Part shown: one piece after another, positions 19,882 to 30,139 of the stretch
How the letters are laid out: every line of letters starts with the position of its first letter
Position numbering within the stretch: the stretch's first letter is position 1
Sequence record: NC_047822.1
Origin: Escherichia phage phiLLS
Length of the DNA stretch: 64,000 nucleotides
Strand: one strand, 5' to 3'
Notes under the pieces: generated by a model
What the model was told of the DNA's origin: nothing
What the model saw: only the letters and a program-made list of their open reading frames with translations
The model's database searches: none
Translations under genes and position numbers: made by a program

Positions 19882-20575
19882 GTTTCAAGGCGGCCTTAAC
19901 AGCTTCGTTAATCAACGTAATGACTTCTTCCCGAGTCCACTTATACCCTAGAGATTTTACATCAACCCCTAGCTTTTCCAGATGTTTAACAGAAGCCAAC
20001 TCATAATTCATATAATGAACGTTCTGTTGTTTGCCTTCTGATAGAAGCCATACACGGTAACAACCAACAGGGTTATCCATTGCTTTTTTGATTTCACCGA
20101 TACACTGGTATCCAGGAACCCAAACAAGCTCACCTACCTCAAATTCTTCTGCTACAGCATCATCAGGAATAATTGGTGGATTCAATGGATCTACAATATC
20201 GTTCAAACGAAGCAGAGCACCATAGCGTTCCAGAACAGATTTAACCATTGCTACAGAGCGGTAATTACGATCGGCAATTTCTTCAAAAGAATCACCAGAT
20301 AAATACTGTTCAATAACGTTGGCCAACTCAATACCTTCAATGAGTGTACCACGTTTCTTTTTCTTCATCTCGGCAACTTGAACCTGGCGGTCTTGCCACT
20401 CTTCAATCATCCTTTCCATAGTTGGATTGGATGATACGCCGAGCATTTCACAAGCTGCTTTCTTAGTACCACCGTTCTCCAGATGCTCTATAACTTTTTT
20501 AAAGACTTCATCCGGGATTTCATGGATATGTTTCTTTCTGCGAGAACCGGCCATATTTAAACTCCTCTCTCTCAA
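19850..20575 (-). CDS. hypothetical protein with putative N-terminal HTH
   Basis: 241 aa; GGTKKAACEMLGVSSNPTMERM resembles HTH. Confidence 0.5.
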   Translation of the reverse strand: MRERSLNMAGSRRKKHIHEIPDEVFKKVIEHLENGGTKKAACEMLGVSSNPTMERMIEEWQDRQVQVAEMKKKKRGTLIEGIELANVIEQYLSGDSFEEIADRNYRSVAMVKSVLERYGALLRLNDIVDPLNPPIIPDDAVAEEFEVGELVWVPGYQCIGEIKKAMDNPVGCYRVWLLSEGKQQNVHYMNYELASVKHLEKLGVDVKSLGYKWTREEVITLINEAVKAALKLDKEKGKRRE

Positions 20576-20577
20576 AT

Positions 20578-20606
20578 TTATGAATCTATTATACAGAAAT
20601 TTTTTG
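20578..20606 (-). promoter_or_regulatory. sigma70-type early promoter (minus strand)
   Basis: rc TTGCAT-17-TATAAT. Confidence 0.5.
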
Positions 20607-20624
20607 AACTATGCAAATAAATTT

Positions 20625-20867
20625 TTACGATTCCTTGAGCAAAGAAGCAAGTTCAGCATAGACTTTATCTAACTCAAAGCCGATGCGAAGAGACACGTTT
20701 GTTTTCCGTTGTTTAAGTAACCACTCGGATATGTTAGGGATGCCAGCTAATCTGTGTGGTACCACCCTACATAGCTTTTCCGAAGTGTCGTAAACAGGAA
20801 TTTTACGTTCTTTTACTGGAAACTTCCTTGTTTCCCATTTTTTATTCTTCACTGTCATTTCTAGCAC
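20625..20867 (-). CDS. hypothetical protein
   Basis: 80 aa ORF. Confidence 0.4.
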   Translation of the reverse strand: MLEMTVKNKKWETRKFPVKERKIPVYDTSEKLCRVVPHRLAGIPNISEWLLKQRKTNVSLRIGFELDKVYAELASLLKES

Positions 20868-23709
20868 CTAACTCTGACATTGCTTCATCATGCATATGTT
20901 TTTCCTCGTCAGTCATGAACTTATAAGGAATTGGCATACACTCGATTTTACAATAGGTTCTATACCAGTCTACAATATTTTCAGTGTTCATATCCTTACC
21001 AATACCCATCATACCAAGATACATTCTAGCATATTTTGGGTTAGCACTCTGACCTGTTTTAAGGAAGAAGTCTTTCTTCTTACCTTTCAGAGCCTCTATG
21101 AATGGTTTAATGGTCACATTTGAACACTTCTTAATATCTTCCCAGAACATCTCGTGCATCTTATGGAAGAATGCAGCTCGATCATTTGGTTTATCTTTGA
21201 TATATTGTTCGACATGCTCAACTGTTACATCTTTAATAGACTCAAGATGATAATAGCGAACAAGAAGTAGTTTAGCCTCATACGCATCCGCATGACGTGG
21301 AGCACAATAATCCGGAGTTGAATGTAGAATAGCTTTAATTCGCTCTTCTGTGTACTCTTTACCAGCACCTTCAATAGTTCCCCAGCTTTCGCTGAAAATA
21401 TCAATAGTTGCACCCTGATCAAGCAAGTAATAACGTAAAGTACTAGTATAGTTCCTAGATTCTAGCTCCCTGCGACGTGCGTATAATTGCTGTGCTAACT
21501 CCAGCCAACCTTCATCAATATTATATTGTTCAGAACCTGCGGAGAACCCACTAGTGGATTTATCAATAAAATAATAGATGTTCTGAGCACCACGGTCGCG
21601 CCTGATTGCTTGGAAACGCATGTTTGGCGCCTGGTTTGAGGTTCTAGTAATAACGAATACGTTATCAAAATAGTTGAAGTCAACGCCACTCGTTACGGAT
21701 GGGCTACATAATAAGCAATCAATTTGTTGATCAATTAGCTCATTAGTTGTATAATCCAGAATACGTCGAATATCCACATCTGAGGTAGAGTTTGAATGGA
21801 TTTCCTTAACTAACGCACCCGTATTACGACGCAGTGCCATACCCTTCTCATTCAGCTCATCAGGACCACAATCAGATACTAGAATAGATTTCTCACCCAT
21901 CTCTAGAGAAGTCTGAAGTGCAACCCAAATACTGGATTCATCAGGGAACTCATAAGCATGAGCTTTTGACAGCATCTTACGATGATGATTATAAAATGCG
22001 ACCGGTTTATCAAACTCAATCAAAGAACCATATGCTTCAATTGTTTCTGCACTAATATCACCATCAGATAATATAATGATTTTTGCAGTTGCAAGAATAT
22101 CCCGAAGAACCTGAATACACTCGCGACGTTGCTTAACAACCGGGGCGAATAATAGGTCATTCATTACAGCATCACATTCATCGATAAAGATTGCATCAAT
22201 TTGACCAATAAAACTCTTGAATTTATGCAAAGAGTGAATAGTTGTGGACATACGGTCAATAGCACCGCGCTTAAAATTAAGCATATCTACAGACTTATCA
22301 TATTGCCCTGCACTAAATTTCTTAGCATTTGAAGACACTAGTGCCCTAGTATTGGTAATTGCTAAGAAATTACCTTTAATAACTCCTGAATCCAGCCAAC
22401 GAACAACAGCCGTTGTTTTACCTGTACCTAGACTTGCTTTTACAAAAGTCATATAACCTTCTGGTGGCACAGTATTTAATTTCAAGAAGTTATCAGTTTC
22501 TAGAGAATTAGTTTCTAGCTTTTTAAGTGGAATACCTTTTAAAACATCTGGTATATCACGTTTAGAATTATTAACAAACGCTTTCAGAGCCTGCTTACGA
22601 CCGTTGTTAAAGTAGTCTTGAATATTACGACTATTATCTTTAGTTGCAATATACTCTGATAAGGCTGGGCGGATTTCTTTTTCTAGCCATGCAAAATCAA
22701 CACCATCCTCTAAAGCCCTGTGATAGAGTTTAGGAATAATACGTAGATACACTCCATCCTCAGCTTCTTCTAGTTCGCTGATAGTTTCTTCTACTTTATC
22801 AGAGGCAGCTTTTTTACCCTTAATTTGGTCGAGTAAAGAGTAGAACTCTTCTTTAAACTCACCTCTAGTTGTTTCATAGTCAACCAGATTATTGGGTAAA
22901 TTTACTTTTGAGCCTTTAACAAATACCAGACGTGAAGCACCCTCCGCTTTAAACGGATCTACTATACCATCAGTGAATAAAGGATCTGCAAAGTAATGGA
23001 GCTGTACGGAAGAGTAATAAGCTAAGTCGGCAATATCAAAGCCATACTTTTGTCTACTACTTTCGTTGATAGATGTAAATAAGAATTTGATTTGACCCTG
23101 AGTTACTTTAACATTAGATTCTAGTATTAAGTGCATTCGGATACCTGGTTTTAACCCAGCCGAAGACGATGCATGAGCGATAAACCCTGCATCAAGAGGA
23201 AACATATCCTCACTAATACTATTTAACATCCTAATAATATGTCGAGCCATGCCAACAAGATCAAACTTGTTACAACCACCTGTATCTACAATACCATCCA
23301 CGTCCATTGCAATTATATGACTTGGGTTAGATACATTAAAGTTGCCCTTCTTACGTCGCACATTATTTTTAGGTGCAAGACATCGACCTCGTACCGCAAC
23401 GATATGAGGGTCAGACGTTAAACGTCTCATAAGAGGGAGCATTTCTACTAGGGTTTGAGGATCAACTTCATCAATTACATCAAACTTGAAGGGCATTGAA
23501 GCTGGTTTACCTTCAGGATGCTTTGAGGAAAATCTTTTAGCAAAAAGATAATCTTCTGCTTTAACTTCTCGCCAATTGCCTGTGGCTAAATCGCGATGAA
23601 ATCCTGCATGACCTTGTAGGATTGAAAACACAACAATACTCCTGTGTTGGAAATGAAATAAGTTTTCTTTAGGACTATTCAGAAAGAATAGAACAACTGT
23701 TACTGTCAA
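20842..23709 (-). CDS. replication origin-binding-type helicase (SF2 family)
   Basis: 955 aa; Walker A SLGTGKTTAV, DECD box (FIDECDAVM); start uncertain. Confidence 0.7.
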   Translation of the reverse strand: MTVTVVLFFLNSPKENLFHFQHRSIVVFSILQGHAGFHRDLATGNWREVKAEDYLFAKRFSSKHPEGKPASMPFKFDVIDEVDPQTLVEMLPLMRRLTSDPHIVAVRGRCLAPKNNVRRKKGNFNVSNPSHIIAMDVDGIVDTGGCNKFDLVGMARHIIRMLNSISEDMFPLDAGFIAHASSSAGLKPGIRMHLILESNVKVTQGQIKFLFTSINESSRQKYGFDIADLAYYSSVQLHYFADPLFTDGIVDPFKAEGASRLVFVKGSKVNLPNNLVDYETTRGEFKEEFYSLLDQIKGKKAASDKVEETISELEEAEDGVYLRIIPKLYHRALEDGVDFAWLEKEIRPALSEYIATKDNSRNIQDYFNNGRKQALKAFVNNSKRDIPDVLKGIPLKKLETNSLETDNFLKLNTVPPEGYMTFVKASLGTGKTTAVVRWLDSGVIKGNFLAITNTRALVSSNAKKFSAGQYDKSVDMLNFKRGAIDRMSTTIHSLHKFKSFIGQIDAIFIDECDAVMNDLLFAPVVKQRRECIQVLRDILATAKIIILSDGDISAETIEAYGSLIEFDKPVAFYNHHRKMLSKAHAYEFPDESSIWVALQTSLEMGEKSILVSDCGPDELNEKGMALRRNTGALVKEIHSNSTSDVDIRRILDYTTNELIDQQIDCLLCSPSVTSGVDFNYFDNVFVITRTSNQAPNMRFQAIRRDRGAQNIYYFIDKSTSGFSAGSEQYNIDEGWLELAQQLYARRRELESRNYTSTLRYYLLDQGATIDIFSESWGTIEGAGKEYTEERIKAILHSTPDYCAPRHADAYEAKLLLVRYYHLESIKDVTVEHVEQYIKDKPNDRAAFFHKMHEMFWEDIKKCSNVTIKPFIEALKGKKKDFFLKTGQSANPKYARMYLGMMGIGKDMNTENIVDWYRTYCKIECMPIPYKFMTDEEKHMHDEAMSELGARNDSEE

Positions 23710-24130
23710 TTTCTCAACAAATTAATCGCAAATACTGAAGGGGGGTGGCAACTTCCCCTTTCACGCTACACTGCCGCTTCACTATACCGCACAAATCCTT
23801 GAGGATGGCCGCTAAGCCAGATTTGCTCACCTAATGCTTCATGTACTAGCTCATACTAGATGTAGTATACCTTACGTCATCACTTCTCAGAGTTTTTCAC
23901 TCTTCCCGTCTCACTTCACAACCACCTCACACTAGGTTGCTTCGAGGCCTTACCAGGGTTCCTACGGGATGTAGATCGCTAAGTATTCTATTAACTATTT
24001 GTTTAAAAACTAACACGTAACAGTTAAAACAACCCTTAATGGGGCAGCCTAACTGTTCCGTATCGCGGATTGTAAACAAGAAAAATTAGCAAAATCAATT
24101 TTTACTAATGTCTCTCGATTCAATATAAAT

Positions 24131-24159
24131 ATTATATCAAGATTTTGGGCATCATGCAA
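24131..24159 (-). promoter_or_regulatory. sigma70-type early promoter (minus strand)
   Basis: rc TTGCAT-17-TATAAT. Confidence 0.5.
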
Positions 24160-24250
24160 GTAAAATTTTCCGGATGGTGCTAACATTGGTCTTGGGTACG
24201 GATAAAACCGAGCCAAAATGACTCGGTAATCAGAGTTCAGCTAATAAAAA

Positions 24251-24643
24251 TCATTCATCATTTAATCCCGGAACATAGATCCCAACACGGCTTAATTGTT
24301 CTTTAGCTTCTGCGAGAATATCTGGAGTGTACTCCCAAATATCATCTTCCACCTGTAAAAGATGGGGCGAACAACCATCATCCGGCACACGACATATGGC
24401 CAACCCACGTGGATGGAATATAGAGAAGTTTAGGGCAACAATCAAGCCCATAACAGACAATTCATTCCAATCCAATTCCCATTCCCCGGCATATCCAGAC
24501 AGGAAAACGCCAATGCAGGGGTCATCTATTTGCTGCTCCGGAAAAGTGAAGGAGGCTTGCCTTACCCCCAACCAACGTTGTAGCAGTTTTTCCGCACGTT
24601 TCACCAAACTAGGGTCAATATGTCGCCAAAATACTCGTTCCAT
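24251..24643 (-). CDS. hypothetical protein, paralog of adjacent ORF
   Basis: 130 aa; shares CIG(V/L)...W.ELD.MGL(I/V)(V/F)ALN...IPGL(N/T) blocks with 24653-25081. Confidence 0.55.
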   Translation of the reverse strand: MERVFWRHIDPSLVKRAEKLLQRWLGVRQASFTFPEQQIDDPCIGVFLSGYAGEWELDWNELSVMGLIVALNFSIFHPRGLAICRVPDDGCSPHLLQVEDDIWEYTPDILAEAKEQLSRVGIYVPGLNDE

Positions 24644-24652
24644 TCTGCCTCC

Positions 24653-25081
24653 TTAAGCAGTTAAACCTGGGATGATATACCCGAAACGTCGAAGTTTCTG
24701 AATCCCCTCATTTACTTCTTCCGGTGAGTAAGACCAACCATAACGTTCATTAACCTGAAAACCAGGAGATTCACTAGTCTTATAGTTAACAACGAGGCGA
24801 TGCTTAGCAGGCATAAACAGCTTATAGTTTAACGCAAAAACTAAGCCCATTTCATCTAGCTCTTTCCATCCCACAATCTCTTCAAGACCATCCTCTACCT
24901 GCACAATTAAACCAATACATGGGGCCTCATCAATATCATCTTTAAAAGCAAAGGAGATTTCGTTATTCTCACACCATATTTTCAAAAAGTTAATAGCCTC
25001 ATTATACAGGCTAGCCGGGAGAGTACGCCAAAAGTTAACCAAAATTGGGTTAGCTTCTTTAGAGAATACATTATTGAACAT
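24653..25081 (-). CDS. hypothetical protein, paralog of adjacent ORF
   Basis: 142 aa; tandem duplicate of 24251-24643. Confidence 0.55.
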   Translation of the reverse strand: MFNNVFSKEANPILVNFWRTLPASLYNEAINFLKIWCENNEISFAFKDDIDEAPCIGLIVQVEDGLEEIVGWKELDEMGLVFALNYKLFMPAKHRLVVNYKTSESPGFQVNERYGWSYSPEEVNEGIQKLRRFGYIIPGLTA

Positions 25082-25083
25082 AC

Positions 25084-25590
25084 TTACACCTTAAATTGTT
25101 GTAAGGATTTACACATTTCAAGATCTGGGCTAAATTCTAGCATATAGCTAACAGCCATTAAATCTTGAAGATTTATTCCAGTTCTACCATTGACTATAAC
25201 CGTTGGATACTGGTACATCATAGCACCAGCGTCATCCAGTACACACCAATGTTTGAGCTTATGCTTTTCAACGAAGCGAAGAACAGAATTACCCCTAGAT
25301 AGCCCACCACCAGTAAAATCCGTTGTACCAAGAAAACGATCGATAAGACCCAATCCGGTCATAATCTGAACGTTCTCCATCTCATTCCTGACAGAGAACC
25401 ATGAGGATACCCCAACAATCATTATCGGAGAAGGACGAATAAAGTCCTGAAAAGCCTTGAGAAGCGGTTTGAAAACCCAGTCACTTCCAAAGAAAATCTT
25501 TTCATCATCAGGTGCATGATGGTGGGAGATGCTCGAATTGAGCACCCCATCAATGTCTAGAAAAATAATTGGAGTATTACTTATTTCCAT
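25084..25590 (-). CDS. HAD-superfamily phosphatase (putative deoxyribonucleotidase)
   Basis: 168 aa; N-terminal FLDIDGVL matches HAD motif I (DxDGxL). Confidence 0.65.
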   Translation of the reverse strand: MEISNTPIIFLDIDGVLNSSISHHHAPDDEKIFFGSDWVFKPLLKAFQDFIRPSPIMIVGVSSWFSVRNEMENVQIMTGLGLIDRFLGTTDFTGGGLSRGNSVLRFVEKHKLKHWCVLDDAGAMMYQYPTVIVNGRTGINLQDLMAVSYMLEFSPDLEMCKSLQQFKV

Positions 25591-25759
25591 TTTTGTTCCT
25601 TTCTAAGAACGTATCATACTCAGCCGTATCAACATATATGACACCATAGTCATCGGATTTATAGTCCATTTCCCACAGTTCACAGCGATAGCACCAACTA
25701 CCGTCCGCCCATACAAATATATCATCAGAGTGTGTATACACAGATTTAATTATGGACAT
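25577..25759 (-). CDS. hypothetical protein
   Basis: 60 aa ORF overlapping neighbours by a few nt (translational coupling). Confidence 0.35.
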   Translation of the reverse strand: MSIIKSVYTHSDDIFVWADGSWCYRCELWEMDYKSDDYGVIYVDTAEYDTFLERNKNGNK

Positions 25760-26574
25760 ATTTGTTTCCCCGGCATATAAGGTCTACCCTCTAGATGAGC
25801 TTCTACACGAGCAATAAAATCAGGGTCACTGAAAGCATCTACCGCACCTTTACTCCAGTAAGGGATACCGCGTTCTTCCAGCTGGTACATCTCACTACGA
25901 GTCATACCTTGATAGCCCGGTTCCGCCGCTAGGGCACTATCATAGTAGTTAACAACCATAAGTTTCGCAGCAGTCAAATTAAGAACAGGAAATAATTCCC
26001 AGTAGAAATTAATTACTTGGTTAGAGCAACCAACCACAATGATCATATCTTGACTGGTAATACCATCAAAAACATTGTACATTTCTGCATATGCAGGAGC
26101 ATGCTCTCCAAAGAAGATTACATTAGGTTTAACCCATTTATAATCATCTGGATCAATAGAATTATATCCTACATCAATAATCCGTTTATTGCTACTATTG
26201 TAGCTATCAGCTACAACAACCTCTTTTAAATATCCGTGAATGTGCAGAATATCACTATGTGGAACGCCAGCACGCTCAATAAGGTCATCAACGTTGGTAG
26301 TCAAGTTTACTACTTGACCGGGGTATTGTTTATACCATTCACCAATACGCAAATGCGCAAGATTGGGTTCAACAGTTTTTAGCTCTTCACGACGCTTGTT
26401 GTAAAACATATGGGTTTTATGATAAAAATTACCACGAAAGGCATGAATATTACATACTTCTTCTAGATCATAATCATCCCACAATGCTTTACCACTAGCA
26501 GTATCAGTACGAAAAGCTCGTACACCACTTTCAACACTCAAACCTGCACCGCTAATAATAATTAATCTACGCAC
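25750..26574 (-). CDS. Sir2-like (sirtuin family) protein
   Basis: 274 aa; ISGAGLSVESGVRAFR matches Sir2 GAGIS..SGI..FR NAD-binding motif. Confidence 0.7.
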   Translation of the reverse strand: MRRLIIISGAGLSVESGVRAFRTDTASGKALWDDYDLEEVCNIHAFRGNFYHKTHMFYNKRREELKTVEPNLAHLRIGEWYKQYPGQVVNLTTNVDDLIERAGVPHSDILHIHGYLKEVVVADSYNSSNKRIIDVGYNSIDPDDYKWVKPNVIFFGEHAPAYAEMYNVFDGITSQDMIIVVGCSNQVINFYWELFPVLNLTAAKLMVVNYYDSALAAEPGYQGMTRSEMYQLEERGIPYWSKGAVDAFSDPDFIARVEAHLEGRPYMPGKQICP

Positions 26575-26768
26575 TATACGATTCCTCGCTTAAATCCTTC
26601 GATAATATCTCGGAGTAAAATTGCTTCCTCCGGGCGTACCTTTTCTTGCTTAATAAGCATATCTAATCTAGCAATACAAGTAGCTATACCAGCATTATAA
26701 CCATAGTTCCATTGCTCAATAAGCATATTTTCTGGATTACTTTTTGGATTCTGATTCAAGAAGTCCAT
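26574..26768 (-). CDS. hypothetical protein
   Basis: 64 aa ORF. Confidence 0.35.
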   Translation of the reverse strand: MDFLNQNPKSNPENMLIEQWNYGYNAGIATCIARLDMLIKQEKVRPEEAILLRDIIEGFKRGIV

Positions 26769-26940
26769 AAAGTTTTTCCTCTAGTTCCATAACACGATTT
26801 TCATAAGAAGCACGCAACTTTTCAATTGCCAGCGCACGCACTGTAACCTCATTAGAATTAATAGCTAATTGGGCCAGGTCTTCTGTTTCCATACGTCCGT
26901 TGTAAATTAAGCGATATTTAAGATGTTTTACGTTTTTCAT
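26737..26940 (-). CDS. hypothetical protein
   Basis: 67 aa ORF. Confidence 0.35.
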   Translation of the reverse strand: MKNVKHLKYRLIYNGRMETEDLAQLAINSNEVTVRALAIEKLRASYENRVMELEEKLYGLLESESKK

Positions 26941-27311
26941 TCTTTTAGCTCCGTTCCAATATCCTCATAGAAGTAGTCGTAGTAAACCTGCTTAATATGA
27001 TGTTTAATAACAGAAGAGAAATCCTCTGTGCCATTAAGGGTAACATTAAACACTTGTAAGTGGTTCCAATATACAAATTCTAGAGTCTCTTTTAAGTCTT
27101 CAGGTTCTTCATATATAGGATTATAGACAGTAATATCTAGTTCTTGCTCTACGAAGTCACCTAGTAATGCAGGATACCCAATACCCCCTAGTAATGAGTA
27201 ATCACCTGTAGCAGCAAAAATAGCTTCCTGAACAGTATCTACTCCTAAGTGATAATGTCCTAACTTAGATACAACAATAAATGGTTTTAGGTCCATATAC
27301 CCTCCTCTCAA
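26937..27311 (-). CDS. hypothetical protein
   Basis: 124 aa ORF downstream of promoter. Confidence 0.45.
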   Translation of the reverse strand: MRGGYMDLKPFIVVSKLGHYHLGVDTVQEAIFAATGDYSLLGGIGYPALLGDFVEQELDITVYNPIYEEPEDLKETLEFVYWNHLQVFNVTLNGTEDFSSVIKHHIKQVYYDYFYEDIGTELKE

Positions 27312-27323
27312 ATTTATAAATCA

Positions 27324-27352
27324 ATTATACATAAATTTTAGCTCGAAAGCAA
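27324..27352 (-). promoter_or_regulatory. sigma70-type early promoter (minus strand)
   Basis: rc TTGCTT-17-TATAAT. Confidence 0.55.
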
Positions 27353-27394
27353 ATAAAATAAAAGCCAGGTCGACTAGCAACCCGGCTGATTAGC

Positions 27395-29269
27395 TTATTT
27401 AGCTCGAATATCCTGATGTTTCACCCTGCCCATAACCTCGTGCTGTTTGCCGGGGTTAAATGGACGAGCGCCCGGATTTCCAAGATACCCACAAACTCGA
27501 CGAGTTACTTCAAGAGTTTCGGGGTCATGATTACCACAGATAGGGCACTTAAATCCATCTTCGGATGCTATTGTTTCACCTAAGAATCCACATTTACCAC
27601 AGGAATCCACTGGGGTATTAATACCGAAGTAATGAACCTTACTAGCAGCATAATTAATAACCCATTCCAGTGCATCTGGGAATCGTTTCATATCCGGTAG
27701 TTCTACATAGGAAATGCACCCACCAGAAGCAATCGGAGTAAAGTTAGATTCATAATCAAATTTGACGTTAGGAGCAACTTTACGTTCCACATCAAGGTGA
27801 TGCGAGTTAGTGTAGTATCCTTTAGACAGAATATCTTCATGCTCTGGGAAATATTCACGGTCTAAACGGCAAAACCTATCACATAGGGACTCTGATGGTG
27901 TAGCATACAGGCTATAACCTAACTTAGTCTCTTCCTTCTTCTGATCGACTCTATCTCGCATGTACTGCAATACACGCTGAACAAACTTGATGCAGGTCTC
28001 TGACATTGTGTCTACATCTTTGCCAAACATGAACTGTAGCATTTCATGGCAACCAATATACCCTAGAGATACAGAAGCACGGTTATAGAAATGATCGAAT
28101 ACATATTCATCAGGCTCCAAGCGTAACCCAAAGGCTCCTGACATATAGAGGATGGGTGCAGCTTTAGCTTGGATGTACTTTAAGCGATCAACTCTCCACT
28201 CCAATGCTTTTAACGCTGTATCCACACGTAGCTCAAGCAAATCAAAGAATAGATCAATATTTCCTTCAGCTTCGATAGCAATTCTAGGCAAGTTTACAGA
28301 AACAACACCTAAGTTATTACGGCCAGCAGTTTCACCATCTTCTGCAGCAGCTAGGAATGAACGGCAGCCCATAGAAACTTTATAGTCTCCAGTAACTTCT
28401 ACAACTTTGTCATAGCTGATATAATCTGGATACATACGTTCAGCAGTACATTTCATAGCTAACTTCTTGATGTCATAATTAACATCTCCTGGTTTCATAT
28501 TTACGCCATCGCGAAGTACAAATACCAGTTTCGGGAAGATAGCTGTACGTTTATTGATACCTAAACCATCCATGCGTACTTTCAGTATTGCTTTCTGTAC
28601 TAGACGTGCTTCCCAGGAAGTTCCTAGACCAAAACCAAAGGTAATAAATGGACTCTGACCATTAGAGTTGAACATGGTATTGATTTCATATTCTAAACCC
28701 TGACAAGCGTCATAGACTTCTTTTTCAGTCATCTCCGTAGCCATTACTGATGCTTTGGCTTCATCCTTAGTCCAACGTTTTGCAAACGCATGATTTTTGT
28801 CATAGGATTTACGAACATAAGGGGCTAATACTTCATCAAGGCGATCTACAGAAGTACCACCATACTGATGGGAGCTAACCTGAGTGATAATCTGAGCAGT
28901 AATAGCCGCCGCAGTAGTGATAGAGTTTGGAGTGCTAATTTCAGCATTACCAACCTTCATACCATTCTTCAACATATCTTCCAGAGCTACCAGACAACAG
29001 TTAGTCATGCCTAATGCAGCATAATCAGCATCATGGAAATGAATATCCCCAATCATATGAGCATTTCGAATCTGAATTGGCATTTCTTCTAGAATCAGAT
29101 ACTTACTCAATTCACCTGCAAGCATATCCCTTTGTGTAGGGAAACGTTCTGAGGGTTTATTGGCATTATTAAACAGCAGCTCTTCATCTGCTGACCCTTC
29201 GATAATCTCTTTGCAGTTTCTAATTAACGCCTGCATTTCTTTATATTTTAGTTCTTCATTACGATTCAT
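27395..29269 (-). CDS. nrdD: anaerobic ribonucleoside-triphosphate reductase (class III RNR)
   Basis: 624 aa; C-terminal glycyl-radical motif RVCGYLG and Zn-ribbon CGKCGF...CPICG. Confidence 0.9.
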   Translation of the reverse strand: MNRNEELKYKEMQALIRNCKEIIEGSADEELLFNNANKPSERFPTQRDMLAGELSKYLILEEMPIQIRNAHMIGDIHFHDADYAALGMTNCCLVALEDMLKNGMKVGNAEISTPNSITTAAAITAQIITQVSSHQYGGTSVDRLDEVLAPYVRKSYDKNHAFAKRWTKDEAKASVMATEMTEKEVYDACQGLEYEINTMFNSNGQSPFITFGFGLGTSWEARLVQKAILKVRMDGLGINKRTAIFPKLVFVLRDGVNMKPGDVNYDIKKLAMKCTAERMYPDYISYDKVVEVTGDYKVSMGCRSFLAAAEDGETAGRNNLGVVSVNLPRIAIEAEGNIDLFFDLLELRVDTALKALEWRVDRLKYIQAKAAPILYMSGAFGLRLEPDEYVFDHFYNRASVSLGYIGCHEMLQFMFGKDVDTMSETCIKFVQRVLQYMRDRVDQKKEETKLGYSLYATPSESLCDRFCRLDREYFPEHEDILSKGYYTNSHHLDVERKVAPNVKFDYESNFTPIASGGCISYVELPDMKRFPDALEWVINYAASKVHYFGINTPVDSCGKCGFLGETIASEDGFKCPICGNHDPETLEVTRRVCGYLGNPGARPFNPGKQHEVMGRVKHQDIRAK

Positions 29270-29462
29270 TACACCCTCCTTCTCTAACTAAGACTACTAT
29301 TATAACTCATTCGAGGGCGGATGTCAATATAATTTTTCTCTTAGATATTGTATTTTGATCTGTGCTAAGAAAATTGATCAGAATGTCAAAATTTTATTGA
29401 CACCACCATAACTTTTGTATAAGATATATACATAACTTAAAAAATTTGACAAGGAAATAAAA

Positions 29463-29954
29463 ATGAACACTGAAATAACACAAGACCTACTAAGAACCTA
29501 CTTTGACTATAAAGATGGAGAATTGTTTTACAAACCAACCTATAAAACCCCTGCGGGAAGAATATCCAAAAAAGCAGGTAAATCTGCCAGACTAACTCCG
29601 TGTAACGGGTACTATCGTATAAATGTACCAAGAATAGGTGTACAGAAAGAACATAGGATGATTTTCCTATATCATGAAGGATACCTACCAGAAGTAGTAG
29701 ATCATATTGATAGGGATAAAGAAAATAATAGGATAGAGAACCTTAGGGCATCTAATCTTCAGGACAACGCTATTAATCGCTCCATAAGTAAGAGTAATAC
29801 CTCTGGTATTGTGGGTGTCCATTATGATGAATCGTATGGTAAGTGGGTTGTAACGTATAGGGGTAAGTACTTTGGAAGATTTGATACCAAAGAAGAAGCT
29901 GCCGAAGTTAATGCTAATGTTCGTGCCCTTGATCAAACCCGTATAAATAGTTGA
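29463..29954 (+). CDS. HNH homing endonuclease with AP2-like DNA-binding domain
   Basis: 163 aa; VDHIDRDKENNRIENLRASN HNH motif; paralog of 33690, 37181, 54193 ORFs. Confidence 0.8.
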   Translation: MNTEITQDLLRTYFDYKDGELFYKPTYKTPAGRISKKAGKSARLTPCNGYYRINVPRIGVQKEHRMIFLYHEGYLPEVVDHIDRDKENNRIENLRASNLQDNAINRSISKSNTSGIVGVHYDESYGKWVVTYRGKYFGRFDTKEEAAEVNANVRALDQTRINS

Positions 29955-30037
29955 GTATCTAATATCACACATCTCACGTTAAAAGCAAGCAAATTTTTTA
30001 TTTAAATGCAATATCATAGGCTTATTTAAAATTGTAG

Positions 30038-30066
30038 TTGCTTTTTACTGTATATATTGGTATAAT
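30038..30066 (+). promoter_or_regulatory. sigma70-type early promoter
   Basis: TTGCTT-17-TATAAT. Confidence 0.55.
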
Positions 30067-30139
30067 ATATTTGTAAGTTGATAAACAAGATCTTTTTGTT
30101 GATCCTCTGTTAGCGAAGTACACTATAGGAGTGTTATTT

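Noticed and set aside
3070-23421. Plus-strand ORFs nested antisense within large minus-strand genes (e.g. 4221-4799, 6912-7547, 10397-10687, 15612-16121, 17364-17660, 22244-22456)
   Set aside because: Fully contained in opposite-strand genes with strong homology support; Ser/Leu-rich low-complexity translations, no promoter or SD.
26937-27311. Small ORF next to nrdD as a possible NrdG activase
   Set aside because: Lacks the CxxxCxxC radical-SAM cluster; no NrdG-like ORF was found anywhere in the window.
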